Shown here: positions 39,631 to 50,047 of the stretch, piece by piece
Position numbering within the stretch: the stretch's first letter is position 1
Layout: each line of letters opens with the position of its first letter
Source: Candidatus Bathyarchaeota archaeon
GTDB taxonomy: Archaea > Thermoproteota > Bathyarchaeia > Bathyarchaeales > Bathycorpusculaceae
Assembly (NCBI GenBank): GCA_963739305.1
Contig: CAVTZU010000032.1
Span: forward strand, 1-64,000
Direction: 5' to 3'
DNA length: 64,000 nucleotides
Program-made: the position numbers and the translations under genes
Notes under the pieces: model-generated
What the model saw: the letters and a program-made list of their open reading frames with translations, nothing else
Told to the model about the DNA's origin: nothing
Database searches by the model: none

Positions 39631-40194
39631 TCAGCTCGGAATGATTTCCTGTGCAACAGAGTTGTAGATGCGAAAGTCGCGTTCACTAAACAGGTAAAAA
39701 ATCACCGCATCAATATTGTCTAGTGTTTCCAGAAATGTCTTTGTGGATTCTAACGCAATTCGACTTGCTTTCTCAATAGGATATCCGTAGGCGCCGGTGC
39801 TGATAGATGGAAAAGCAACTGTTTTCAGCTTATTTGTAACAGCCAATTGTAAAGAGTTGGCATAAGCATTTGCCAAAAGCTCCGGTTCGCCTCGTGATCC
39901 TCCTTGCCAAACGGGTCCCACCGTGTGTATGACGTGTCTAGCTTTCAAGTTACCTGCGGACGTGATTACGGCTTTTCCCGTTGGTAACCCGTCTGGCCAT
40001 ATCGATTTTCTGATCTGTGTGCACTCCTCGATAATCGTTGGGCCGCCCTTGCGATGTATGGCTCCATCCACACCGCCGCCTCCCATAAGTGATTGGTTAG
40101 CAGCGTTAACTATGGCGTCGACACAGGCCTCTGTGATGTCTCCACGGACCAGGCGGATTTTCGCTTTGCCTACCTTGAATTCTTGAGGCATCAC
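39631..40194 (-). CDS. Macro domain O-acetyl-ADP-ribose deacetylase (YmdB-like)
   Basis: GDIT, NAAN, GGGGVDGAIH, HTVGP and SISTGAYGYP. Confidence 0.95.
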   Translation of the reverse strand: MMPQEFKVGKAKIRLVRGDITEACVDAIVNAANQSLMGGGGVDGAIHRKGGPTIIEECTQIRKSIWPDGLPTGKAVITSAGNLKARHVIHTVGPVWQGGSRGEPELLANAYANSLQLAVTNKLKTVAFPSISTGAYGYPIEKASRIALESTKTFLETLDNIDAVIFYLFSERDFRIYNSVAQEIIPS

Positions 40195-40201
40195 AGTCGT
40201 T

Positions 40202-40720
40202 TCATCCAGACATGAATCGTTTCTGCAGCTCTACTACTTCTCCGCTGTCTTTTGCCTTTCTGTATTTTTCAAGTCTTTCGCGATTGAGTTCAAGAAAAGT
40301 GTGTCCCCATTTGAACACGGATAAGAGTTCGGAAGCTTGGCTTTCATACCCAACCATGTACAGAGCTGCGGCTAAGGCTTCAACGGTCGAGAGTTTGGTT
40401 GCCTTTCCAAAGTTAACAGGGTTGCCTGCGACGAGAAACGGTAGAGCTCGAGAGGTTCCTTTCACCTGCTTCAAGAGCACTTTTTCAGCGTGTTCCCAAC
40501 TGCAGTCCAAACCTGCGAGCCCAAATTGCTCTACGCGGTCCCTGTCTGCGGGAGAAAAGGCCACCTCAGAGAAAGGGTTGAGAACTATCGCTCTTTTGGG
40601 CAAGAACTTTGTCTGTGACACTTCCCGCACGAGTCCAAAACGTCTAAGCTTAGATGCTGAGCATTTCCGAGGATCACATTGCTTTGCATTGTAAACGACG
40701 ATATTAACTCGTTTTTCCAC
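40202..40720 (-). CDS. tsr3: rRNA aminocarboxypropyltransferase Tsr3 (DUF367)
   Basis: QCDPRKCS, LDCSW, LPFLVAGNPVNFG, LSTVEA and FKWG. Confidence 0.93.
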   Translation of the reverse strand: MEKRVNIVVYNAKQCDPRKCSASKLRRFGLVREVSQTKFLPKRAIVLNPFSEVAFSPADRDRVEQFGLAGLDCSWEHAEKVLLKQVKGTSRALPFLVAGNPVNFGKATKLSTVEALAAALYMVGYESQASELLSVFKWGHTFLELNRERLEKYRKAKDSGEVVELQKRFMSG

Positions 40721-42239
40721 GCGCTCCACGTACCTGCAAGTGATCCATCGGGTCATCGAGAACGTGCGGAATCCATTTGAAGAGGTCTGAAGCAACCATG
40801 TGGGCTCCTTTTTCATGAAAAACAAAGTCTCCCGCCGCTCCGTTCACGAAGGCGCCTGCCACGGCGGCTTCAAAGGGATCAACATGTTGAGCAAGGAAGG
40901 CACCTACGACTCCCGAAAGCACATCTCCTGTCCCGCCCACGGTCATGCCAGGGTTGCCCGTGAAATTGAGCTTAGTCCGTTTTCCATCGGAGATTATGTC
41001 CACGTGGCCCTTCAGCAACAGAACTGCGTTCAAATCAGTGGCAGTCTTCTCTACAGCTGAAACTCTTTGATCTATGGAATCTGGAAGTTTCTTTCCTGTT
41101 AATATCGCGTACTCTCCGCTGTGGGGAGTCACTACCAAGGGCACTTTCAATTTTCTTTTGAAACTGGCAAAAGCCTTCAACCCGTCGGCATCCAAGAGCA
41201 AGGGTTTTCCAGCTCGTTCAACTGCTTCCACAAGTTTTTTCAGAGCATCACAGGTTTCCTGGTGTAAGCCAAGGCCTGGACCAATAACAACAGCGTTGCT
41301 CGTGGTGATGTGCTCTTTCAATTGCAGCAGATTGCTAGGGTTCAAATGCGTTCCCTGTAGCTTAATCGTGATAAGGTCAGGCGATAGCGCCGAGATGGCG
41401 TATGCAGTCTTCTCAGGTGCAGCAAGATACGCCAAATCGACTCCGGTTCGCAGAGCGGCTTGGGCCACAAGCGTGGGCGCGCCCGAGAAAGTTTCGCTTC
41501 CACCTACAACCAGCAAGCGTCCAAAATCTCCCTTATGTGAATCGTAAGGACGAGATTTCGTGATCGCAAGAACGTTGCCTGGACCCGCATATTCTTCAAG
41601 CTCTGTCGGTAGTCCTATGCCAGCGACGATCAATTCACCAACGTGTTTCTTGGCTTTTTTCAAGCCGTTTTTGGACTTGTGGAATGTTATCGTCAAGTCT
41701 GCTTTGACGGCTTCGCCCAGTATCTCTCCCGTGTCCGCATCGATCCCTGTCGGCACGTCGACGGCGACTCGGAAAGCTCTTGTTGAATTGATTTTCTTGA
41801 CTAGTTGGAGTATTGGTGGTTTCAGTTTTCCTCTGGTTCCTGTTCCAAGAAGGGCGTCGACGATCACTTCAGCATTAACTTCAGGAAGAAGACTACTGTC
41901 ATAAACTTCGTTTACATCTATTGTGTCTTTGAGGAACTGCAAGGCTTTCCAATTTTCGACTGCCGCTTTGTCTCGAATCTCCTCTGCTTTTCCTGCGAGG
42001 AATATTGTTGGTTTGAAGCCTAGTGAGGAAAGGTGTCGGGCAACGACAAACCCGTCTCCCCCGTTTCCACCTAGTCCACAGAATATTGCGATTGACTTTC
42101 CGGGTTTGAAGCGGGAAGCAATCTGGCAAGCTACGCAATGTCCCGCATTCTCCATCAAAAGAAGTCTTGACACACCGAAGTACTCTGCGTTGACTTCCAG
42201 CGTTCGCATTTCTTGGCACGTGATCGTGTCTCTAGGCAA
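40704..42239 (-). CDS. nnr: Bifunctional NAD(P)H-hydrate epimerase/dehydratase
   Basis: LMENAG, GNGGDG, DVPTG, HKGDFG, GPGLG, TPHSGE and GGTGDVL. Confidence 0.95.
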   Translation of the reverse strand: MPRDTITCQEMRTLEVNAEYFGVSRLLLMENAGHCVACQIASRFKPGKSIAIFCGLGGNGGDGFVVARHLSSLGFKPTIFLAGKAEEIRDKAAVENWKALQFLKDTIDVNEVYDSSLLPEVNAEVIVDALLGTGTRGKLKPPILQLVKKINSTRAFRVAVDVPTGIDADTGEILGEAVKADLTITFHKSKNGLKKAKKHVGELIVAGIGLPTELEEYAGPGNVLAITKSRPYDSHKGDFGRLLVVGGSETFSGAPTLVAQAALRTGVDLAYLAAPEKTAYAISALSPDLITIKLQGTHLNPSNLLQLKEHITTSNAVVIGPGLGLHQETCDALKKLVEAVERAGKPLLLDADGLKAFASFKRKLKVPLVVTPHSGEYAILTGKKLPDSIDQRVSAVEKTATDLNAVLLLKGHVDIISDGKRTKLNFTGNPGMTVGGTGDVLSGVVGAFLAQHVDPFEAAVAGAFVNGAAGDFVFHEKGAHMVASDLFKWIPHVLDDPMDHLQVRGARGKTS

Positions 42240-42402
42240 GGCCTTAACCTCCTGTAGCCTAATGTTTTCTTACGAAAGATAAGTATATCCATGAAGAACT
42301 GAAGCATGGGCAAATCTCGCTGAAGAAAACCACATCAGGTTAAACACAACAGTAGCAAAATATTTTAATGCACAGATCCGAAGAGTAGCTGTGGAGATGC
42401 AT

Positions 42403-42645
42403 ATGCCAACAGCATTCGTGTTGATAAACACAGAGATTGGCTCAGAAGCTGACGTCCTCAAGGATCTGAAGAAAGTCGAGGGAGTCGAAGAGGCTAACGC
42501 GGTCTACGGAGTCTACGACATAATCGCAAGAGTAAGAGCAGACACGATGGACAGACTGAAGGATATCGTAACTTGGAAAGTCAGAAGACTCGACAAGGTC
42601 AGATCAACCCTCACCATGATCGTTGTTGAGGAAGGAGCAAAGTAG
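42403..42645 (+). CDS. Stand-alone Lrp/AsnC ligand-binding (RAM) domain protein
   Basis: AFVLIN, VYGVYDII and VRSTLTMI. Confidence 0.9.
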   Translation: MPTAFVLINTEIGSEADVLKDLKKVEGVEEANAVYGVYDIIARVRADTMDRLKDIVTWKVRRLDKVRSTLTMIVVEEGAK

Positions 42646-42733
42646 CAAGCGCTCCCCCTTTTTTATTGCGAAGAAGCAACCCTTTATCTAGGTTCTACTG
42701 CCTGTTTTGATTCCGCAAGCAAGGCTACTGAAG

Positions 42734-44074
42734 ATGAAACAAAAGACGATGCATATCGGTCTTGACGACACGGACTCGACGAGAAAAGGATGTACTACCT
42801 ACATAGCAGCGCTGCTCGTGGAGAAACTGACGAAAATCGGGACGACTTTCACGGACTACCCCAGCCTCGTCAGGCTTAACCCTAACGTCCCATGGAAGAC
42901 AAGAGGTAACGGTTCACTCTGCCTCAGGATAAATTACGACGAGGAATCTGAGCGCAGCATCAAAGAAACGGTCATCTCAGAAGTCGAAAAACATTCAGAT
43001 CTTGCACAGAGAGGAACGGATCCAGGCATAGTGTTCCTTAATGCGGCCAAAATTCCAAGGAAGATTCGAGCTTTTGCCCGGAACACCATAACGGGAATCT
43101 CAAAGCTGAAAGACGCTCTAGAGCTTGTTAGAGAGTACAAAGGCGAAGCATTGGCTTTCAAAGGAGGTAGAGGGGTTATAGGTGCCTTAGCAGCTATAGG
43201 GGAAACGTTTCAGTCTGACTACACCTATGAAGTCATCGCGTACCGGACGCCGGAAAACTGTGGAAAAAAACGAAAAGTGGATGAAAAATCAATCTACGAA
43301 ATGGACAAAGCAACGAGTTCACTCACGTTCAACAATGTTGACGCTGAAAAGAAAAGAGTCATAATCACTCCTCGAGGACCCGATCCAATCCTCTTTGGGA
43401 TCCGCGGCGAAAACCCGGAGGCTGTCAAAAAAGCGTTTCGAATGGTGAAAACTCTGGAGCCAGTCGAAAGATGGGTCATATTCCGTACAAACCAAGGCAC
43501 GGATGCTCATCTCGAACGAGTGAACGGATTGAATCAGATCAAACCCTACAGCTCCGTGATCGTGAGAGGCACCGTTTTCTCAAACCCTGAAATGATCATG
43601 GGAAGACACGTGATTTTTCCGATCATTGATGATGCTTCGCGAGTTGATTGCGCTGCCTACGAACCAACGGGAAATCTTCGCGCTGCCGCAAGAAAACTGA
43701 TTGCTGGAGACAAGCTAGATGTGTACGGAAGCGTCCGTCCGCCTTCAAATAGCAGACCTTTGACCATAAACCTCGAAAAATTCCGCTTGATTAAGCTGGC
43801 ACCTAAAGTCTTCTACCGCAACCCCATTTGCCTCAAATGTGGGGCGCGCTTGAAATCTATGGGTCGAAAACAGGGCTTCAGGTGTGACAGATGCAGAAGA
43901 AGATATCCGTCTTTCGAGAAGGTCGCCGTCAAACTGGATCGTGACATAACGAAAGATCTCTACATAACTTCCACTAGGTCCCAGAGACACCTAACAAAGC
44001 CGTCTCAACGTTACGGAAGAGAGAAAGGCGACGGTCACGTTGAACGCCTCATTGAGGAATGGCACTTTCCCTAG
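42734..44074 (+). CDS. tiaS: tRNA(Ile2) agmatinylcytidine synthetase
   Basis: GLDDTDS, GCTTY, RLNPNVPWKTRGN, TNQGTDAH and C-terminal zinc ribbon. Confidence 0.95.
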   Translation: MKQKTMHIGLDDTDSTRKGCTTYIAALLVEKLTKIGTTFTDYPSLVRLNPNVPWKTRGNGSLCLRINYDEESERSIKETVISEVEKHSDLAQRGTDPGIVFLNAAKIPRKIRAFARNTITGISKLKDALELVREYKGEALAFKGGRGVIGALAAIGETFQSDYTYEVIAYRTPENCGKKRKVDEKSIYEMDKATSSLTFNNVDAEKKRVIITPRGPDPILFGIRGENPEAVKKAFRMVKTLEPVERWVIFRTNQGTDAHLERVNGLNQIKPYSSVIVRGTVFSNPEMIMGRHVIFPIIDDASRVDCAAYEPTGNLRAAARKLIAGDKLDVYGSVRPPSNSRPLTINLEKFRLIKLAPKVFYRNPICLKCGARLKSMGRKQGFRCDRCRRRYPSFEKVAVKLDRDITKDLYITSTRSQRHLTKPSQRYGREKGDGHVERLIEEWHFP

Positions 44075-44075
44075 A

Positions 44076-44315
44076 TTATTTTTCGTTCACTTTGAACACT
44101 TCGAGGAGCATTTGATACAATTCGTCGCCTCCCTCAACCCTCGAGAACAGATCTTTTTCTGCTTTAAGTATTCTGCTCATAGTAGAATACGTCTGGCGCC
44201 ATTCAAGTTCTTTCCACATCAAGCGATAGTTTTTCAGCTCAAGCCATGCACGAAAGACTAGAACCGCAAACATCGCCAAAGTCACCATGAGGTTCAAAAC
44301 ATACAGGTTTATCAC
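44076..44315 (-). CDS. Small hypothetical membrane protein
   Basis: N-terminal TM helix; strong GGAGGAGGTGA SD upstream. Confidence 0.6.
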   Translation of the reverse strand: MINLYVLNLMVTLAMFAVLVFRAWLELKNYRLMWKELEWRQTYSTMSRILKAEKDLFSRVEGGDELYQMLLEVFKVNEK

Positions 44316-44425
44316 ATCGTCGGCCGTAGGCTCTCACCTCCTCCAAGTCGCTTTTCAGCTGTATCATACTTACAAAATGCATTTAAACGAAACGAGGGAT
44401 ACGTCAGATTGAGAGAAGGCTCAGA

Positions 44426-44734
44426 ATGAGTGAATTCATCTCGCCGCTTGCCTTCCAGTTAGGAGTAGGTGGAGTAGGCGGTTTCGTGGTTGGATTCGCC
44501 ATTAAGAAACTGAGCAAGCTGGTTCTGGTCTTGATTGGCTTGTTCCTATTGGCTTTGATCTACTTGGGGGCACGTGGAATAATCAACATAAACTACGACG
44601 TACTTTGGAGCGGCCTATCCAGCCTGCTTGGGTTAGCAGGCTCAGCATTTTCGTGGCTCGTAGGCGTCATCTCGCTTCTTCCTTTTGCAGGAAGCTTTTT
44701 GGTCGGCTTTTTGCTAGGATTGAAACTTGGATAG
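44426..44734 (+). CDS. FUN14 family membrane protein
   Basis: QLGVGGVGGFVVGFAIKK, GIININY and GFLLGLK. Confidence 0.88.
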   Translation: MSEFISPLAFQLGVGGVGGFVVGFAIKKLSKLVLVLIGLFLLALIYLGARGIININYDVLWSGLSSLLGLAGSAFSWLVGVISLLPFAGSFLVGFLLGLKLG

Positions 44735-44861
44735 CATGCTTAAGCTCTAACTCAGTTGAAAATCTGTTGGAGAAATCGCTCTTTTCGAGTTGAACCAATG
44801 TCTAGCTTGCTGATGGCATAAGTCATTAATACTTGTTAAATTAATTGAAAATAGGATTCAA

Positions 44862-45302
44862 ATGAATGAGGAGGAACAGAAATCTTTCGGTTTCTTGTTG
44901 TCTCGGTATTTCCTGCACGGGTTTCTTTTCAGCATAGTATTCCTGTTGCTTGTCTTAGGATGGGCCGTCGTCTTGATTGTCCTCGTCGCGTTCGGTGCAA
45001 TCATCGGTCTGATACTTGGATTAATCTTGCTTCTATTCATAATTGGAGGACTCAACACCTTCCTTATGAAGGAGATTTGGGGGCTTTCAGTCAAAGGCGA
45101 TTGGAAGAGTCTGTTGGTTCACGGCTTGATTTTGTTTTTGGTTCTTTTCATCGTGAGCATTCCGTCATTTGTGGTGAACGCCGTTTTTCCGAGCATACCC
45201 ATTCAAATCATCGTTTTCATAGTCTACTGCTTCATCGACGGATACGTTGCGAGAGGCGTCGGTGGCGGTTGGGAAGAACAAACCGACTACAACTCACAAT
45301 AG
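44862..45302 (+). CDS. Hypothetical membrane protein
   Basis: Four hydrophobic helices. Confidence 0.75.
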   Translation: MNEEEQKSFGFLLSRYFLHGFLFSIVFLLLVLGWAVVLIVLVAFGAIIGLILGLILLLFIIGGLNTFLMKEIWGLSVKGDWKSLLVHGLILFLVLFIVSIPSFVVNAVFPSIPIQIIVFIVYCFIDGYVARGVGGGWEEQTDYNSQ

Positions 45303-45373
45303 TCTAGTTTAAATTCCCGTGTCTTGTTAATCCCCTAAAACATGATATTTCACAGTTACTGGAGCGACTTAGC

Positions 45374-48169
45374 TTGAAGAGCTTTCCAGCAGAAGAGTAC
45401 GACCTTCCGTTTTTCCATGAGGCGGGATATGTCAGAAAGCTTTGCCCAACTTGCAAAACCTACTTCTGGACTCAAAACCCGAATCGGGAAACTTGTGGAG
45501 AAGTGTCATCCAAAGGATGCGGTTTGTACACTTTCCTCAATGAGCCTCCTACAAGAAAGAAGTTTACGATGCATGAAATGCGTGAATCATTTCTGTCTTT
45601 CTTCGAGAAGCATGGACACGCACGAATAAAGCCTTACCCGGTTGTGGCAAGATGGAGAGAAGATCTCTACCTGACACACGCGAGCATAATCGATTTCCAA
45701 CCGTACGTAACGGACGGGCTTGCCCCTCCTCCTGCCAACCCACTGGTCATATCTCAACCGTGCATTCGATTGGTTGACATAGACAACACCGGACCGACCT
45801 TTGGCCGTCACCTGACCATTTTCGAAATGGGTGGAGCGCACGCATTCAACTATCCAGACAAAGAGGTCTACTGGAAAGACCAAACCGTCAGGTACCAGAA
45901 CCAATGGATTACCAAGGATCTTGGAGTCAAGTCTGACGAGATAGTGTACAAAGAAGAAATCTGGTCGGGCGGAGGAAACGCTGGTCCTTGCCTGGAATCT
46001 ATCATAAGAGGCCTTGAAGTTGACACGTTAGTTTTCATGCAGTACAAAGTGGTAGACGACGACAAGTTCATCAGACTTCCGATTCGAACGGTCGATACGG
46101 GGTACGGGATCGATCGATACACATGGGTTTCCCAGGGAGTTGCAAGCGGTTTCCATGCAATCTACGGAGAACTACTCGAAAAAATCTTCAAGATGGCGGG
46201 ACTAACAAGAATCGACCAGGAATTACTCACAAGCGTAGCGAAAGTTTCAGGCCTAGTGAGCATCGACAAAGCCGCAAGCAGAATTCAGACAAGAAAAAGA
46301 GAAGCGGAACTCGCCGGGCTGAAAGTGACAGAACTGGACAAGTTCATAACACCCATAGAAAACGCCTTCGCAATCGCAGATCACACAAAATGCTTAAGCT
46401 TCATACTTTCCGAGGGCGTCGTCCCTTCAAACATCCAAGAAGGATACCTGGCAAGGCTAGTCTTTCGAAGACTGTACCGGCTTCTGAGAATCCTAGAGAT
46501 TCCAGACAAACTGTATGATATCATGGACATGCAGGTCAAACTGTGGTCTAAAGATTTCCCACACCTCAAGGAAATGCACAACGAAATCATCGAGATGGTC
46601 AGAGTAGAAGAAGAAAAGTTTGAAGAAACAATACGACGCGGGGAAGGAATGGTCAAACGCATCTCTGAAGAACTGAAAAAGAACGGCAAAAGGGAGATAC
46701 CCGCCCAGACTCTGACCGAACTATATGACTCTCACGGGTTACCGCCTGAAATCGTTAAACAGGTTGCCCAACGAGAAAACCTGAACGTGGAAATTCCTGA
46801 CAACTTTTACAACCTCATCGCGCTGAGACACATGCAAGTGTCCAAGCCTGCCGAGGAACATGATGCTTCGCAAGAACAACTGAAAAAACTCGTTGAGAAA
46901 CTCGCGCCAACGCAACTGCTGTACTACGAAGACCAATACATGAAAGAGTTCAACGCAAGAGTTCTTAACGTAATTGAAAAAGAGTTCGTGGTTCTTGACA
47001 AAACATGCTTCTTCCCTGAAGGTGGAGGTCAACCACCAGACAACGGTCACCTCACTTTCGACGGAAAGAAAGCGGAAGTCATCGATGTACAGAAGATTGG
47101 CGCGGTCATCGTTCACAAAATCAAAGGGGATCTTCCAAAAGAAGGGCAAACCGTGAAAGGCAAGATTGACTGGGAAAAACGCTACAGTCTGATGAAGAAT
47201 CACACTGCGACTCACGTCATCGGCGGGGCAGCTAAACGCGTGTTAGGACAGCACGTCTGGCAATATGGAACTCAAAAGGGCGTCGAATCCTCAAGACTCG
47301 ACATCTCTCACTTCCGCAGATTATCACTGGACGAACTTCACAAAATTGAAACACTCGCAAATCAAGCGGTCATGAGAAACATAAAAGTTGACATTTCCTG
47401 GATGCCTAGAAACGAGGCTGAAAGCCTCTACGGGTTTAGACTTTATCAAGGCGGGGCCGTCCCAGGAAAGGAAATTCGCGTCGTCAGAGCCGGCAACTGG
47501 GATGTCGAAGCCTGCGCAGGCACGCATTTGAAGAACACTGGAGAGATCGGCTTCATCAAGATAGTTCACTCTGAAAGGGTGCAGGACGGTGTTGAGAGAC
47601 TCCAGTACTCGGTCGGTATCCCTGCAGTAAAAGCTGTCCAAGCAATTGAAAGTCGTCTTGTTGAGCTCGCAGAGACCCTTGAGGCACCTGTCGAGAAGCT
47701 TGATCAAACGGCAGAAAGAATCGTCAGAGATTTGAAAGAAGCAAACGTTGAAAGACGAAAGCTGATCAAAGAACTTGCATCGCGAGAAAGCGCAGGCGCG
47801 GAAACGGTGACGACGCGCAAGAACGAGGAAATCAATGGCGTAAGAATTGTGAAGCGTGATTTTCGCGAATCTGTGGATGTAGAACGCATGGTTCAGACAG
47901 CGTCTGAAATCATCAGGAAAGATGAAGCCTCAGTTGCGGTTTTCTACGGTTCAGACGGGAAAAACGCGAGAATAATGGTGATGGCAGGAAAAGCTGCTCA
48001 AAACAAAGGCGCAAATGCAGGTTTAGTTGTCAAGGAAGCCGCACCCGTCATAGGCGGCGGCGGAGGAGGCAAACCCAACTTCGCACAGGGCGGCGGAACA
48101 TTGACCGCAAGACTCCCAGAAGCCGTCAAGAAAGCAGAAGAAGTTTTGAGAAGGCAGTTGGAGCCTTAA
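45374..48169 (+). CDS. alaS: Alanine--tRNA ligase (archaeal type)
   Basis: YPVVARWR, QPCIR, DTGYG, editing-domain HTATH and CAGTH, GGGGGKPNFAQGGG. Confidence 0.98.
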   Translation: MKSFPAEEYDLPFFHEAGYVRKLCPTCKTYFWTQNPNRETCGEVSSKGCGLYTFLNEPPTRKKFTMHEMRESFLSFFEKHGHARIKPYPVVARWREDLYLTHASIIDFQPYVTDGLAPPPANPLVISQPCIRLVDIDNTGPTFGRHLTIFEMGGAHAFNYPDKEVYWKDQTVRYQNQWITKDLGVKSDEIVYKEEIWSGGGNAGPCLESIIRGLEVDTLVFMQYKVVDDDKFIRLPIRTVDTGYGIDRYTWVSQGVASGFHAIYGELLEKIFKMAGLTRIDQELLTSVAKVSGLVSIDKAASRIQTRKREAELAGLKVTELDKFITPIENAFAIADHTKCLSFILSEGVVPSNIQEGYLARLVFRRLYRLLRILEIPDKLYDIMDMQVKLWSKDFPHLKEMHNEIIEMVRVEEEKFEETIRRGEGMVKRISEELKKNGKREIPAQTLTELYDSHGLPPEIVKQVAQRENLNVEIPDNFYNLIALRHMQVSKPAEEHDASQEQLKKLVEKLAPTQLLYYEDQYMKEFNARVLNVIEKEFVVLDKTCFFPEGGGQPPDNGHLTFDGKKAEVIDVQKIGAVIVHKIKGDLPKEGQTVKGKIDWEKRYSLMKNHTATHVIGGAAKRVLGQHVWQYGTQKGVESSRLDISHFRRLSLDELHKIETLANQAVMRNIKVDISWMPRNEAESLYGFRLYQGGAVPGKEIRVVRAGNWDVEACAGTHLKNTGEIGFIKIVHSERVQDGVERLQYSVGIPAVKAVQAIESRLVELAETLEAPVEKLDQTAERIVRDLKEANVERRKLIKELASRESAGAETVTTRKNEEINGVRIVKRDFRESVDVERMVQTASEIIRKDEASVAVFYGSDGKNARIMVMAGKAAQNKGANAGLVVKEAAPVIGGGGGGKPNFAQGGGTLTARLPEAVKKAEEVLRRQLEP

Positions 48170-48221
48170 GCTTTTTCTGGTACCCTTTCACTCTAGTTCA
48201 TGTTGTAATGAAGGAATTCCG

Positions 48222-49361
48222 ATGAAGTACCGAGACTTCAGAAGCATGGACTGGAAGGTTTCAGCGCTCGGGTTTGGAGCAATGAGACTGCCTATAACAG
48301 GTAACGACGCCGCAAACATCAACGAGCCCGAAGCAATTCGTATGATAAGGTACGCCATTGACAATGGAGTCAACTACGTTGACACAGCTTACCCTTACCA
48401 CCGAGGAAACTCCGAGTTTGTCGTCGGAAAAGCCTTGGAAAATGGGTATCGAGAGAAAGTCAAACTGGCAACGAAAATGCCCACTTGGCTTGTCAAATCG
48501 CAAGAAGACATGGACAAGTATCTTGACGAGCAACTGAACAAACTGAAAACAAAACAGATCGACTTCTATCTCTTGCATGGACTTGACGGGGAACGCTGGC
48601 AGAAACTCTCAAAATTGGATGTCGTGAAGTGGCTCGAAAAGAAGCAAGATGAAAAAAAGATAGCACACGCTTGCTTCAGTTTTCACGACGAATACCCGGC
48701 GTTCAAGAAGATCATAGACAGTTACGATGGATGGACTCTTTGTCAAATCCACTACAACTACATGGACGCGGACTATCAAGCCGGGACCAAAGGTTTGAAA
48801 TACGCCGCGTCAAGGGGGCTTGCAGTGGTCATTATGGAGCCAATCGCGGGTGGAAGGCTTGCGATGAAACAACCCGCCGAGATCGAAGCTGTCTGGAACA
48901 AAGCTGAAACAAAGAGGTCGCCCGCAGAATGGGCTCTGCAGTGGGTTTGGAACCAGCCTGAAGTTACGGTTGTGCTGAGCGGGATGAGCACGATGGAGCA
49001 AGTCAAAGAAAACGTCGTAAGCGCAGATCGCTCGGGTCCAGGAACGCTGACGGCGAAGGAAATGCAGATCATAAACGAAGTCGGTGCTAAGTACAAAGAG
49101 TTCGGTTTCATAGGATGCACGGGCTGCAGGTACTGTATGCCCTGTCCTGAGGGAGTCAATATACCTGAGATAATTTCACTTTACAATGAGTACTTCATGA
49201 AGGACAAGAATGATGAGGTCAAGAAGAAGTATTGGGAACACATAACTCCGGAAAGCCAAGCCAAGAGATGTGCCAGATGCGGAAAATGTGAAGAGCTTTG
49301 CCCACAGAAGCTGACGATTAGAGAGGTTCTGAGTCGGGCTCACTGGATATTCGAGCAATAA
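48222..49361 (+). CDS. Aldo/keto reductase with C-terminal 4Fe-4S domain
   Basis: LGFGAMRLP, DTAYPY, ATK, CTGCRYCMPCP and CARCGKCEELCP. Confidence 0.93.
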   Translation: MKYRDFRSMDWKVSALGFGAMRLPITGNDAANINEPEAIRMIRYAIDNGVNYVDTAYPYHRGNSEFVVGKALENGYREKVKLATKMPTWLVKSQEDMDKYLDEQLNKLKTKQIDFYLLHGLDGERWQKLSKLDVVKWLEKKQDEKKIAHACFSFHDEYPAFKKIIDSYDGWTLCQIHYNYMDADYQAGTKGLKYAASRGLAVVIMEPIAGGRLAMKQPAEIEAVWNKAETKRSPAEWALQWVWNQPEVTVVLSGMSTMEQVKENVVSADRSGPGTLTAKEMQIINEVGAKYKEFGFIGCTGCRYCMPCPEGVNIPEIISLYNEYFMKDKNDEVKKKYWEHITPESQAKRCARCGKCEELCPQKLTIREVLSRAHWIFEQ

Positions 49362-49381
49362 ACAACCAGGGTTGGCATCTT

Positions 49382-50041
49382 TTGCCTGATGATTCCACGA
49401 TCAAAGCCGTGATCTTCGACTTGGATGGAGTCATCGCGGAGACCGAGCACGTCCACATTCAGGCAGAAAAAGAGACCATGCTCAAACACGGCATCAAGAT
49501 ATCCGAGGATGAACTGCATCGATACACTGGGACCACCGCTAAACAAATGTTCACTTCCTTGATAAGGAAGTACCACCTCAAAACCACGTTCAACGAAATA
49601 TTCAATCAAAAAGAAGAGATAATGTTCAACCTACTCGAAAGAGGAGTTGAACCAACCAGAGGAGTAATCACGCTGCTCTACACGCTGAAAAAAGCGAGAA
49701 TCAAGCTCGGGATTGCGTCGAGTTCCCACAAGAGACTGATACACTACGTTTTGAACAAACTGCAGATAACTGGCTTGTTTGATTCGGTTGTCGGCGCAGA
49801 AGACATAACGAACAGTAAACCAGACCCAGAGATATTCCTGACGTGCGCAAGGAGACTGAACGTCGGGCCTTGCGAGTGTTTAGTTGTCGAAGACTCCATG
49901 CTGGGAGTTGAAGCCGCAAAAAAAGCAGGAATGAAATGTCTAGGATACAGGAACCCCAACAGCGGAAACCAAGACCTATCAAAAGCAGACATCGTAACAG
50001 ATGATTTCTCTAAGCTAGGCATCAAAAATCTGCTTTCCTGA
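49382..50041 (+). CDS. HAD superfamily phosphatase (beta-PGM/Gph-like)
   Basis: FDLDGV, ASSS, KPDPEIF and VEDS. Confidence 0.92.
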   Translation: MPDDSTIKAVIFDLDGVIAETEHVHIQAEKETMLKHGIKISEDELHRYTGTTAKQMFTSLIRKYHLKTTFNEIFNQKEEIMFNLLERGVEPTRGVITLLYTLKKARIKLGIASSSHKRLIHYVLNKLQITGLFDSVVGAEDITNSKPDPEIFLTCARRLNVGPCECLVVEDSMLGVEAAKKAGMKCLGYRNPNSGNQDLSKADIVTDDFSKLGIKNLLS

Positions 50042-50047
50042 AGAGGT

